DNA of 64,000 nt from Octopus vulgaris (taxonomy: Eukaryota): contig OX597820.1 of the NCBI GenBank assembly GCA_951406725.2, forward strand, positions 40,796,001 to 40,860,000, given 5' to 3'. Shown here in pieces: positions 1-13,075 of this stretch. Both the position numbers and the translations under genes were made by a program. Numbering within the stretch: the first letter of the stretch is position 1; each line of letters opens with the position of its first letter. The notes under the pieces were generated by a model. That model did not search any database and was not told where the DNA came from. It saw only the letters and a program-made list of their open reading frames with translations.

Positions 1-18
1 CAGTTGGCAAGGAGACGC

Positions 19-179
19 TTAGTTCTGTTGTAATAATAGTTGCTCTAGTTCATCAGCCGATCTATATAGAAATGCCGCCGACTCTCTGTAGCCAGCTATA
101 AGCTGTTTTATAGTTGCCACTTCACTGGGGCTGAGTTGATTTTTGGAATTCTGTTTCTTCATACTCAGATCTGTTGGGC
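19..179 (-). CDS. NOL4: Terminal coding exon of a nucleolar protein 4 (NOL4/NOL4L)-like gene
   Basis: Minus strand: acceptor TATTTTATTTTTGCAG (AG at 181-180), then GC + CCA ACA GAT CTG AGT ATG... giving (G)[55 protein letters not shown] at 21-19. Matches the recalled vertebrate NOL4/NOL4L C-terminus (GPTDLSMK...[37 protein letters not shown]). The ORF track reports a different frame (122..322). Confidence 0.95.
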
Positions 180-435
180 CTGCAAAAATAAAATATAGTA
201 ATTAAGAAACAGCTACATTTGGAAATGAAAAATAAAATATACACAATAAAAAATATCTTATATGTATCAATCAAAATTTGAGAAGCGCATAGTTTGAATG
301 CCTGTCGAAGATTGTTGACCATTTTGCCCCGTCTTCTAAAAAGGTAGTTACTCGATTCTATAAGGTGTCCTCACAGCCTACACGTGCTGGCGAATTTCCT
401 TTATTTTCTGTATATGTTTGTGTGTGTGTGTGTCT

Positions 436-579
436 CGTAAGAAGCTTGCTTGCTAACCACATGGTTTCGGGTTCAGTTCCACTCCGTGGCACCTTGAGCA
501 AGTGTCTTCTATTATAGCCTCGGGCGAATCAAAGCACTTGTGAGTGGATTTGGTAGACGGAAACTGAAAGAAGCCCGTC

Positions 580-635
<56 letters not shown>

Positions 636-845
636 TTGTGTGTCTGTGTTTGTCCCCCACCATCGCTTAACAACCAATGTCGGTGCGTTTTCGTCCCCGT
701 AATGTAGCGGTTCGGCAAAAGAGACTGATAGCGTAAGTACTAGGCTTACAAAGAATAAGTCTTCGGGTTGATTTGTTCGACTAAAGCCGGTGCTCCAGCA
801 TGACCGGAGTCGAATGAATGAAACAAGTAAAAGAATAAAAGAATA
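436..845 (+). mobile_element. tRNA-derived SINE, family A (head slightly truncated, internal (TA)n(TG)n)
   Basis: B-box-like GGTTCAGTTCC, body GTGAGTGGATTTGGTAGACGGAAACTGAAAGAAGCCCGTC, tail GAAACAAGTAAAAGAATAAAAGAAT; same sequence recurs many times in the window. Confidence 0.85.
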
Positions 846-1088
846 TATTTGATTAATGCGAGAGACGGAAGATGGAAGATACGAAAAGTTTTATTGATCA
901 CTACTATTGTTTCAAGCCATCTAGAATCTTTCATCCTCTGTCACTCACGTTAATCAAATACCCAATGAACACTGAGCCAGTGAACGTGTATTATCGCAAA
1001 ACTACCAGGTATATACCATACCATTTATTGACATATATATATATATATATATAAATATATATATATGTATATGTATATATGTATGTAT

Positions 1089-1303
1089 ATATATATGTAT
1101 ATATATATCATGATAGATCGCTAGCCACTATACCTTCTTCTATTTTCTCTCCCTGTTTATTTCTGTGTTCCTTTCTGTCGAAGAGCGTAGGCTCGAATCG
1201 TAAAATGACTTTCTCACTTCCCGAGCGTTAAACTAACACATCTGTTTGTTGTTTACACACTCGTCTTCGTCTTTTCTTTTTTTTTTTTTTGGTAAATTCT
1301 TAC
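1089..1303 (+). mobile_element. Penelope-like element terminal fragment with hammerhead-like motif, in (TA)n
   Basis: Homologous to 60871-61020 (CTGT.GAAGAGCGTAGGCTCGAA.CGTAAAA...GAGCG...ACTAA.AC...GTTTGTT...GTCTTTT); flanked by (TA)n on both sides. Confidence 0.55.
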
Positions 1304-3269
1304 TATATATATATATATATATACGACGTGTTTCTTTCAGTGTGTGTGTGTGCGCGCGCACACCCACGCGTATAGACACTCATATACGCAACTGTATAAC
1401 GTATGTTTCTGACATATGATACACATATCTGTATATATGTATATATACATATTCACATATATCCATAAATCTATATAAATAAGAATACATCAAACATACA
1501 TGCACAAAATATTAACGAATCCCTACGTAATCGCAACTTTCAATATATCTAACCATCAATATTTGTATGTGTACACATCATATCCTTTGAGCAAACTGCT
1601 ATTATACAACAATCAATAAATAAATATGCGTGTGAGTGTCAGAAAGCGATACTCAGACAGAAGGAAAACGTAGGAGAATAGAGAAAGTCATCTTTCTGTT
1701 TGTCTCTAAATTTCTACATCTCACAGATCCTAATTGGACAAAATTAAAAACCCTCCCGGCAAATATTTCCCAGCTCTCCTTCACATCTTTCCCATTCCTG
1801 TGACAATGCTTCTCTTGTTCTTTAGAAGACAGAAAAAAAATGAATATAAAACATAGATCCACAGCTATATTCAACCAATCTTCAGCCACACTTCACGTCT
1901 GGGGTCCATTTTGCCTCTCTATTTCCACTGGTTTCGTTCCCTTTATTCTTCTTTACCTTCCGCTCGTTTGCTCGTTCATATATTTCAAACCGATTTCTTA
2001 TTAAGAGACTACACATGATCAAGTACGTGTTTGTTTGGTATGTATGAGTGTGCGTGCGTGCACCTTTCCTTTGTAGATTCATGCTCTTTTCTTTCATCAC
2101 TCATCACTCTTACCCTTTTCTAACCAACCAAACAATCAATCAACCAACCAGCCAACAGACCGTTCAGCAAACCACCACCATGCTTTAAATGCCTTTTCTT
2201 CTCGGCTATTGTTTTCTTTCGAAACCCAGAGTGCAATGCAATTCTGTTCGCACCATGAATTCTGGAACGTCAACAAGAAGATAACGCCCATACCATGGTT
2301 TAACTTCGTTAGAGGTGGGCCAACAAGGTAAGAAAAGAAAGAGAAGTACCACCCAACTCTACCTCACCTCAAATATACAACTACCACTCCATATACCCCC
2401 ATGCGTATGCATCAAATATAAAATAAAATAAATAAAAAACAAAATGAAAAGAAGAATTTCCATGTTTTCCTTTCGTCTGTATTGTGTAATTAACAGTCAC
2501 GGAAGGGTGTCGAGTGCCCAGCATGTAAAGTTGCCCGGGAAAAGAAATCGAAAAAGAAAAGAAATCTTTCTTTTCTTAATGTCGTACTTGACACCATTGG
2601 AGATATTTGTTTTGTGTATTTTGTTTTTGTGCGTTTTTCTGGATTTTTTTTCCCACGAGTTTGTTTCATTTGATACTGGCAGCCATTGTTATTGTGCTGT
2701 TCTTTATATCTTTTTAAAGCCAGTCCTTTTCTTATTCCCTTAGTTGTTACTGTTGTTTCTCAGTTATTTATTTATTTATTTTTTGGGCTTATGATATTTT
2801 TTGTGCATACAGTTATGCTTTTGCTGTTGGTAATACTTTTATTCTGCTGCTACTGATGCTACAACTTGCTATCGTTACCTTCAAAGTTTTGATAATATTT
2901 ATATCTTTACTATCGTTACTGTTACTCCTAACTGCTCTCAGAAGCCTTTATATCTTGTATGATGTTAATTTTGTTACTGGTGTTCTTATTACTCCTGGAT
3001 CTGCTAACTGACAGAGATTTCCGTATATCGAGTATTGATTTAACTATAATTTTCCCGCTATTATTCTATACATTACTGGAAATTGATATTATCCTAAATG
3101 TTTTTTTTTTTTACCACTATCCCACACATATTGTACGTGTTTATACTATTACTATTGCTATTACTACTAATTACTGTCGTGACTCCGTAAATATTGTGAT
3201 ATGTTTATGTGACTTTCGTTACTCTGTCTTTAGTTGTGACTCACGTGTCTCGTTTTTCTTTAATTGCAG

Positions 3270-4660
3270 AAACAAATCAGTAAATGACGGTGTGATAACT
3301 TGCAGCGATCCCAGGTGTTCCAAGGTACACTTACTCTTTTCCTGGTGCTATTTCGAAAAGATGTGGACCGGCTCTATTTCGTAAAGATATGAACCTAGAG
3401 TTAAACACAATATTCCTAAACTCGGATGGTACATTAATTTTCCCAGATATGATCAACAGTGATAGAGGTAATGTTTTCAGATGGTAACCGTTATATCCAG
3501 AGAGGAGCTGAAGACTGAATTTCTTATTATATTTAGAAGCTTTCCTAGGAATACCTTGCTTGTTAGTGTTAGTATGCAAATGAAATCTCATCTTAGACGT
3601 ATGCGGAGATTGAGTGGGATCAGCCAATACTAAGGCTGATCCATTTTCAGATATTCCTAGGCGATGATATATCTCGCCACTGCTGATATTTTTAGCTCAG
3701 TTGCTAATCGAGTTGGGCGTATGGCTTGTGGAGTGTTGCCGGGTGCTCAGTGTTCTATAGCAGTGACATTTGTAAAGTTAGTACAAATCTAATGCTAGGA
3801 TTCTTTAGAATTTTAGAGGATGATAGCTGATAGTTTACTGTTGATAAGAACTGCTCAGGTAGTTTCCTCTAGAAAACTTTCAAGATGAGCTTTACGAGCA
3901 ATTTCCAGAAGTCATTAACCTAGAGTTGCTACAGGAGTAATTTACCTTTCGGGATAACCTCTGCAAGTTTGGCTTTTTTAAAGCCGCTAGCAACTGAACC
4001 AGTTCATGATGCATAGAGAATGATGGAACCAACTGGCAGTATGTACTCGTTCGGTATCTATGCATTACTGAATTTGTGGATTTATCTCTAATATCTGTTA
4101 TCAAGTGCGAGACAAATTCGACTAACAACTGAATCTATCCTGACGATCAACTCACCATCTTGCTTTGGCAACGTAGTCTTCCCAATCACGATGACGAAGG
4201 AAGTTGAGTGGTGGATACTATTGAAACGGCAAAGCTCTTATCCATGAGTCTAGCTCCCATAAATTTTTTCAAGTTTCACTTGAAATAAAAGTAAACTTTG
4301 ACAGGGAGCTGGTGTCTGCCAGAAAATTTAATAAAAGTAAATGAGAGTGTTGCAGCAGGCGTGACTAAATGGATCTACACTAGCATTAGCGGCAAAAAGT
4401 GGGAGAAGGTATTTGATTTTGAGGTGTTATTCCAGTGTTGAGAGTGGGTTACCCCGATCCCCATATGTACCCATTTTGGACAACCTTTTGTGTTCTTTTG
4501 CTGTTCTCTATGATTATTGCTGTTACTTGCTATCTGTTTATGCTTTTATCGTTTCCTCAATATCACATTAGTGCTTCATTTTTTTTCCCGTTTTTGTATT
4601 TATTTCGCCTTTTTCTTTAGTTCCCGATGTCTAAGGCCTTTGTGGCCAATAAAGAAATTA
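3270..4660 (+). mobile_element. Decayed 3' part of an L1/Tx1-clade LINE (ORF2 C-terminus plus 3' UTR)
   Basis: Broken frames give LLSSARQIRLTTESI, MTKEVEWWILLKR (from 4191) and INFFKFHLK* (~4259), resembling Tx1/L1 ORF2 C-termini; T-rich UTR ending CCTTTGTGGCCAATAAAGAAAT. 5' boundary approximate. Confidence 0.6.
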
Positions 4661-5575
4661 TCATTTCTATTATTGTTTATTTTTATTTTTCATTACGACT
4701 TAAAGAAAATATTTTGATATTTTCTTGTTGATAATATATTTTTATATCTTCGTAACAGCTGTTTGATTATGGTTGCTTTTGTTCTTGTAGGTGTTGTTAT
4801 AGTTGTTGTTGTTGTTATTGCTTTTGTTGTTATTGCTTTTGTTGTTGTTGTTGTTGTTGTTGCTGCTGCCGCTGATGTTGTTATTGTTATTGCTGTGTGT
4901 TACTGCTGTAGCAGCTACTCACTCTGACGAAAATTTTAATTAAATGAGTGCTAATGGTTGATTCTGTAGCAGAAAGAAGAGAAAAAAGAAAAAAAAAGAA
5001 ATATATCGAATAAAAATATCTATATAAAATAACTATATAGACAAACAGAAGAAAGATACACGTCCCTAACCAATTTACTGCACCCACTTCACTCACTACC
5101 GCACACCATTTGAAGAAGCCCCCATTTCAAAACGCTATTCGCTTCCTCACAAGAGCTTATGATAATATAAGAAAGACGAGTGCGCACACACAAATATCCA
5201 CCCATCCCACCCAGAAGCTACAACGAAAGAGACCTGAAAGTAAAGAGAGGATGCAATCTGGAGATTTTCCCTCGGCTATGTTCTTGTGTTCTGCTCTCCT
5301 GCTTTCATTGAAAGCATCTCCTTCTTGTAATCTTTCTCTCCTCGCCTTTCTCCTTCTTCAACATAAACACTCTCGCCCTAGCCTTTCTCTTGTTTATCTG
5401 CAGTTCTCTCTCACTACCTCTGTCTCTTTCTTTCTTTCTTTCTTCACTCTGAAACGAATGTGCATGTTCACCTACATGTTTCACGTTCACACAAATGCTA
5501 CTCTGTTGGTGTGATTACTTATAAGCGAGAGAAATCACTTCATGCGATCAAGATTTCTTTTTATTTTATAGTAAT

Positions 5576-5647
5576 TCTTCTTCTTCTTCTTCTTCTTCTT
5601 CTTCTTCTTCTTCTTCTTCTTCTTCTTCTTCTTCTTCTTTCTTCTTC

Positions 5648-5679
<32 letters not shown>

Positions 5680-5695
5680 CTTCTTCTTCTTCACG

Positions 5696-5790
<95 letters not shown>

Positions 5791-5812
5791 TACTACTGTT
5801 ATTATTATTGTT
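5576..5812. repeat. Compound microsatellite (CTT)n-(CTA)n
   Basis: Directly visible. Confidence 0.95.
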
Positions 5813-5814
5813 AA

Positions 5815-6026
5815 AGCAGCGAGCTGGCAGAATCGTTAGCACGTCGAGCAAAATGCTTAGCAGTATTTCGTCTGCCGCTCCGTTCTGAGTTCAAATTCCG
5901 CCGAGGTCGACTTTGCCTTTCATCCTTTCGGGAGTCGATTAAGTAAGTACCAGTCACGAACTGGGGTTGTGTAATCGACTTAATCCTTTCCCCAAAATTT
6001 GAGGCCTAGTGCTTCCAGTAGAAAGG

Positions 6027-6028
<2 letters not shown>
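5815..6028 (+). mobile_element. tRNA-derived SINE, family B, full length, short tail
   Basis: A-box-like TGGCAGAATCG, B-box GAGTTCAAATTCC, central GCCTTTCATCCTTTCGGG..TCGAT..AAGTACCAG (resembles the recalled MetaSINE central domain), followed by (ATT)n. Confidence 0.88.
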
Positions 6029-6372
<344 letters not shown>

Positions 6373-7224
6373 TATTATCATCATCATCATCATCACTATC
6401 ATAATCGTCATCACTATCATCGTCATCAACATCATTATCATTTGTCTCCTACAAACATACAATATAAGGATTTTCTTCACACGCAAATACAAACATATAC
6501 AAACACACACACGTGTGTGGGGGTGGGGTGAGTGTATATGTGTTTGTGTATACACACACATATACACACAAGCAGATACATTAAAGATAAAGAGATAAAC
6601 AGGAGAAAAAACGTAGAAAAGGATCGGGCGTAAAAGGGGGGGAGTAAAACCTGTTTGCTGCCAAGCACTTAAGTAAGCAATATATAATGTTCTATTTCTT
6701 TGGTAGCAATGATGATAGTATAGGTTAATCTAGTTATAGTAATGGGTTGGGTGTACCACCGAAACACCAGGTTTTAAATAGTTATTAAATACAGGAAAAC
6801 ATAGAAAACCTAATTAACACGCGTTAATTTTCTTGTAATCGTATTACTGGTTCAGTCAAGCAAGGGGTGTAGGATCTCTGAAGCCACACAGTCTGGTGGA
6901 AGTGGTTTGGTGTAAATAGGAGCCAGTTTGCATCCCGTCTCTTGCAGAATTGTCTTCTACAGAGGCCCCAAACTTGTGAGGGATATTTGGCAGATGCAAT
7001 CTAAGTGGACGCCTGTTAGCTGGACCGTTCTTGTAATTCAAAGAGTCAGCTTTAAGTGTCAAACTACGTCTACCTGAGTATTATGTTATGAGCAAGCTTG
7101 AGAATGACCATTAGTAGATTTTACTGTGAATTTGAAATAGATTAGGCCAGTAGCAGTGGAAACTGTCACTAAGAAACGTAAAAAATGTTGTCTCCACTAG
7201 ACATCAATGAAGCAACGATGAGCT

Positions 7225-7410
7225 CTTACAGTCTCTTGAGATGCTATAAACAATAGCTAAGTCGCATTTAAATCTCCCTTATTTCTACCCCTAGCATCTT
7301 AAAAAGAAATAACAAGTACATATGGTTGTATGATCCGAATTATACTATTTCTGAAAAACCAAAAAGACGTGATGGTTACGGGGGGAAAACTTCTGATAAA
7401 TGTTTGACCT
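7225..7410 (+). mobile_element. Old SINE-like repeat, family C (degraded)
   Basis: AATAGC...AAATCTCCCT...TCTTAAAAAG...GATGGTTACGG, shared with the copies at 11.7, 12.4, 34.4 and 51.8 kb. Confidence 0.5.
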
Positions 7411-7727
7411 GAATTTAAGCACGTGAGCACGTCGTTAGTTATATATCATTTATAATTACATAGGTGTGGTACTTCAATTGCTAATGTCACTGCGTCAGTC
7501 GTGTCCATTTATGTTATCTTAGTAATAGAAAGGTACACGGTTGACGGCCCTTCACATTCTTAATTAGTTTTATTAAGTAACTCTACCGCCATATTACTTA
7601 AGCAGTTTAGAAATTTGGTGTACACAATCTCTGGTAAATTTTAAGCAAGACGAAACTAGTCAGTTCGCTCGTCATTTTAAAGCTGCTGAAATGCCTGTGG
7701 TTATACCACGGCAGGTTAAATACATTT

Positions 7728-8302
<575 letters not shown>

Positions 8303-9279
8303 TTCCCTAACTATATAGATTTAACTTAGTATACATATTTATTCAATGTGTGTTTATGTATTTATATCACTCAGAATACTTGTATCTATTTTTCGTATTG
8401 CCTTGCTGTATATTTTATACAGTTGTATCCACATACATAACACAAATGCACAATACACATGCATATGAATGTAGAATTTGATTAGAATGACGTAATCACA
8501 CACATGCATGAACACACGCATGTATGCGCTTTAGTGAAGCTACTCGGTTACGATTCTCTGTTTTCTTTATTCCTATTTATTTATGAAGATCACCCTCCCT
8601 TCACCGACAACAGTTTTTATTGCTTTCTTCTTATACATCTCAAACACTTTGCACCGTTAAAAATACATAAAATTGTTCGCTCGCATATTTACAAATATAC
8701 GTTTAGCCATCTTCAATGCGCTCAAAATTTTAAGCTGTTTTGCATGTGCTCACAAGCGCACTCACACACATTCGTATGCATAATCACATACAATAACGTG
8801 CGCATTAATATACACACATACATCTATTTGCGTACCCATAGAAAAATAGGAGTTCTTCCATGAGTCCCCAAATCATTAGAAATGTAAATTATGTAAATTG
8901 GTTTTGAAATAGGAACAGAAACCAGATAACACATTCGAATCGCTTGCAAGTGATAACTAGTCCTCGATGCCAGGTATACATCAAATATTTAAAATTATAT
9001 ATTTCGATTGAATCCTACTTCCTTCGATACCTGTCATGCATTTCATAGTTTGTTTCTATTCTTGTTCATGTCTCACTTATATAAAAATAAAAACATTACA
9101 ACCCTCCCAGAGAGGGGTATAACTTTTCAGAATGCCACCTCATCAACAAGTACGCAAATTCTGTGAGATTTCTTTGGCTGAGAAATATCACATCATAAAC
9201 CCGCAATAATGGAAAGGCAGAGATTAGATCGACTTGCCGATAAATTATGAAGTGTGTGTGTGTGTGTGAGTGTTTGTGT

Positions 9280-9310
<31 letters not shown>

Positions 9311-9400
9311 CGAATATTTACGTGTATATATACATACATGTATGCGTGCATATATGTATGTAAGTGTGTATATATGTATATATATATGTATATATATATA

Positions 9401-9551
9401 TATACGTAAATATAAGAGAGTAACCACCTTGTGGTTACTCTCTTATATTTACGTATAAAATTTATTGTATTCCTGGTTTTCAAGCACTAAGCCACTTGGT
9501 GTTAAATGGATGTACTATTAAATTAGTATCCAATTTTCTCACCCTTATTAG

Positions 9552-9553
<2 letters not shown>
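9401..9553. mobile_element. Short element between (TA)n tracts starting with a perfect 27-bp foldback (possible Penelope-like end)
   Basis: 9401-9427 is the exact reverse complement of 9431-9457; flanked by (TA)n. Class assignment is inference. Confidence 0.45.
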
Positions 9554-9616
<63 letters not shown>

Positions 9617-9639
9617 ATATATATATCTATATATATCTA

Positions 9640-9734
<95 letters not shown>

Positions 9735-11015
9735 CGCCATACAGACGTCTTTGTATGTGTGTGATTGTATAATTATATACAAGCGTATGTTGTATGTGAG
9801 TGTTTGTATGTAAACGAACTGGAGTCTGAGAAATCTACTGATGGTTTGTATCAGCAAAAAGTAAAACAAAATAGTAAAATTTAATTAGATAAGATCATTA
9901 TGTTCTGTGTGAACTAAGATAAGGTTTCATACAGGGCCTTCTTTGAATAAATCTGGAGTTTTAGGATTCCCACCTAATAGCATATCCCACACGAACTTAT
10001 CAATTGTATAGGTTATATAGTCGAGTTTTATAGTACATTTTTCTCTACTTTCAATTTATACTTTTTTTTTCTACCTTAGCACGTCGACTATATAATAATC
10101 CTGTGACGGTTTCATGATAATACGCAGACGAAATATTACAGCTCAGCATTGTATATAGAACACTTGTCTATCACAAATCAACATTCCCAGGTCAATTAAG
10201 TTCATATAATCTGACAGCCACACGAGCTGTTGGCAAGGAGAATTCGGTGTACTGTGGAAATCAGCAATGCCGCGCTCATAGATTGGGCTTGAACACGCGT
10301 CCTGTCTATTGAAGTAGAAAGTAGCTTTGTACTACAATAACCAATATTCACTGAATCGCTTCATTTCTAAACACAATGGCTTCTTCGGCGTCTTTAGTCA
10401 ACATCGCACAACTTATCACTTGAAGCACAACCATCACCGCCACTAACACCACAGAGCCCCACCACCACCACCACCACCTCCACTATCACAACGGCCTTCA
10501 TGTCAAGCACCACTACCACCACCACCATTCCTACTACTACCGCCATAACAACCAGAACTTCTTCCCACATATACACCTACGCCCAATTATTCTAAGTCAC
10601 AACTACACATATACACCGATACGCAGACACACACACATAGAAGACACACATATATGTATATACGTACATACACAATCAACTCTCTCCCACCACCCTCTTT
10701 ACTTAACTTTGTATACGTTTACACCTGAGCCCCGCCTTTGATCTTCTTGTTATTGATATTTGTTATTATTTTTGTTGTTTTTCTTATTGCGTTGTTTTCT
10801 TGGCTGTTTATTGTATTAAAAGTCTGTCGTTGGTTGATATTCGTTCTAAAATGAGTAATATTTTTGCTGTAGTTGTTGTTGTTGTTCTTGTATGTTATTA
10901 TACTGCGTGTTGATGTTGTTTATCTATTTGTATTTCTATGTTGCTGTCTGTTTTTCTGCTCGTTCCTATTATTTGTTCTTTAGTTTTACCTTATTTATAT
11001 TATTGTACTTGTTAT

Positions 11016-11210
11016 TGTTAAGCGCTTGATCAGTCCTGACCGAGAAGACCTGTGATCAAAGACATTCCAGCTGTGACCATCCGGTTTTTTTTTTTTCGAG
11101 TAATTCATTATCCACTGTGTCCTTCCTGTCCTTTTTAAGACGATTTGAGAGTGATACGATCGCTCATTCTGATATTCCGAGGAAACGCTTACAAGCCTCT
11201 GTCTACGGCT
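11016..11210 (-). mobile_element. SINE-like family C copy
   Basis: GACCTGTGATCAAAGACATTCCAGCTGTGACCATCC...TTTTTAAGACG...TTTGAGAG, reverse complement of the family C pattern. Confidence 0.6.
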
Positions 11211-11679
11211 AGTTTTGTTTGTGCTGTCGTTGTTATATTTGTCTGGTTACTTTTATCTATTCATTTATTCATTCATTTATTTAAATAATTTTGTTTTTGA
11301 TAGCTCTGTCATTGTAAGAACGGCGACCAGTAACTACAACGATTTTTATGGCTTCCGTCAATAAATGTAGCTTCCACACTTCCTCCCACGAGACATTCTA
11401 GGAATGACCAAGCCGTTGGTTGTCGGATATAGTCTATCTAAGAATGAACTTTTGATAATGTCCTTACTGTCTTAAGGTGAAAATATATGATTTGCAGATT
11501 GAGCTGCTATTTTTATCTGGTCGAGCCATCAGTTAGCGGCCTACGTAAATGACCCGTTGTTGTCGCTATAATCCATTGCTTTGCAATGTTATTTCCTAAA
11601 CAACTACTCTATATTATCTGCAACCCTTTTATATAGACTCAAACAAACGCGCACGCAAGCAAATCGATGAGGGAACATT

Positions 11680-11890
11680 TGCTTTGACATATTAGAAATG
11701 TTAACCAAATCTTCCTCAATTCACACACGCACGCATCATACTTTCTTAAAGATGAATACAGTGGGTGGATATGCATAAGATAATCTGGTGCAAAGTATCG
11801 AGTAGCTGGGAAAAGATGAGATGATCACAGCAGGAATGCCTGTTATCATAGGTCTCCTTCCTGAAGGTTACCCTAGAATCTAAACAACAA
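11680..11890 (+). mobile_element. SINE-like family C copy
   Basis: CCAAATCTTCCTCAATTCACAC...GATGATCACAGCAGGAATGCC...ATCATAGGTCT...TAAACAACAA. Confidence 0.6.
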
Positions 11891-12324
11891 AACTATACCT
11901 CACGCACAAACTCACACACATACACACACATGTACACACTCACACACACTACCTCCCTCCACTGTCAAGACGACTAACCCCTGGTGATTTCCACTACTTT
12001 AATCAGTTTTGGATGGTTTTCAGTAAATGTTGTGTAGTGTGATTGCCCACCCGCTGTTAACGTTATCAAGCCACAGTCGACGCGTTTTCCCACGCAGACA
12101 TTTGTCCATGCTGGGAAGATAGTTTACTTGGTTCACGACTATACGCCGATCTTGCAAGCCGTCCACAAAATCCGCAGCTCAGAGCGCTAACACTATAACG
12201 CGAAACTCACACACGCATGCACACATGCACGCACACATATACACACAAAAACATACATATATGCACGTATACTCAAGCACACTTATACAGACTTCCAAAC
12301 TAAATCTGCCTTAAACCAACGTGG

Positions 12325-12515
12325 GAGGCCTCTATATGCTCCTTCACGCTGGTAAAAAAATAGCTTTTAAATTATTATCAAAAATAGTTTCAAATAAATA
12401 AGAGATGTATTAAATGATTCTCTCGGAGCACGGAATAGATATGGCTGAAATATCACTCATCGTAGGTTTGCTCATTCACGGCTAACCTAGGTCTAAAACA
12501 ACAACAGCAGCAACG
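12325..12515 (+). mobile_element. SINE-like family C copy (degraded)
   Basis: ATCGTAGGTTTGCTC...GGCTAACCTAGGTCTAAAACAACAAC tail. Confidence 0.5.
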
Positions 12516-12929
12516 ACAGCCAAAACTTATACATAGGTTCTACACAAACAGCTACAAAGAAATATACTCAGTTACTGGTTATAAACAAAAACTTACTAAC
12601 ATACTTGCAGAATCACTATAAAGTCGGATAAATTAGCTGCGGTGATTAGTTAGGACACTTTTAAGTTCTCTGTTCAAATCTTTCTTTGTCTTTCATTTAT
12701 TTAAGGTCGATAAAATAGTGTACCAGTCAGCATCCGAATGAGAAACCTAATATTAATATTCGTATAAGGCATTTTCGATATATAATCGATAAATTAAAAT
12801 ACAAGTAACATCCTGTAGTTGATTTGATATTTCTATAAGGATTCCTTAAGCAGAACAAGAGGAGACACGTGGGATAAAGAGTCAGGTCACAGTTGTGACG
12901 AAAGAACTTAGACCAAGGACACTAAAATA

Positions 12930-13075
12930 ATGGCTTCAAACTTTACACTAGAGCAGCCATTTTGGAGGAGGGGACTAGTCGATTACATCGACCCTAGTGT
13001 TTCACTGGTATTTAATTTATCGACCCCGAAAGGATGAAAGGCAAAGTCGACTTCGACAGAATTTGAACTCAGAAT
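12930..13075 (-). mobile_element. SINE family B, 5'-truncated
   Basis: GTCGATTACATCGACCC...ATCGACCCCGAAAGGATGAAAGGCAAAGTCGAC...TTTGAACTCAGAA. Confidence 0.85.

Noticed and set aside
122-322. 66-aa minus ORF from the track
   Set aside because: Wrong frame; it crosses the splice acceptor. The real exon 19-179 is read in another frame.
5225-5250. Possible recursive splice site on minus (CTCTCTTTACTTTCAG|GTCTCT)
   Set aside because: Good acceptor but very weak regenerated donor; unsupported without nascent RNA data.
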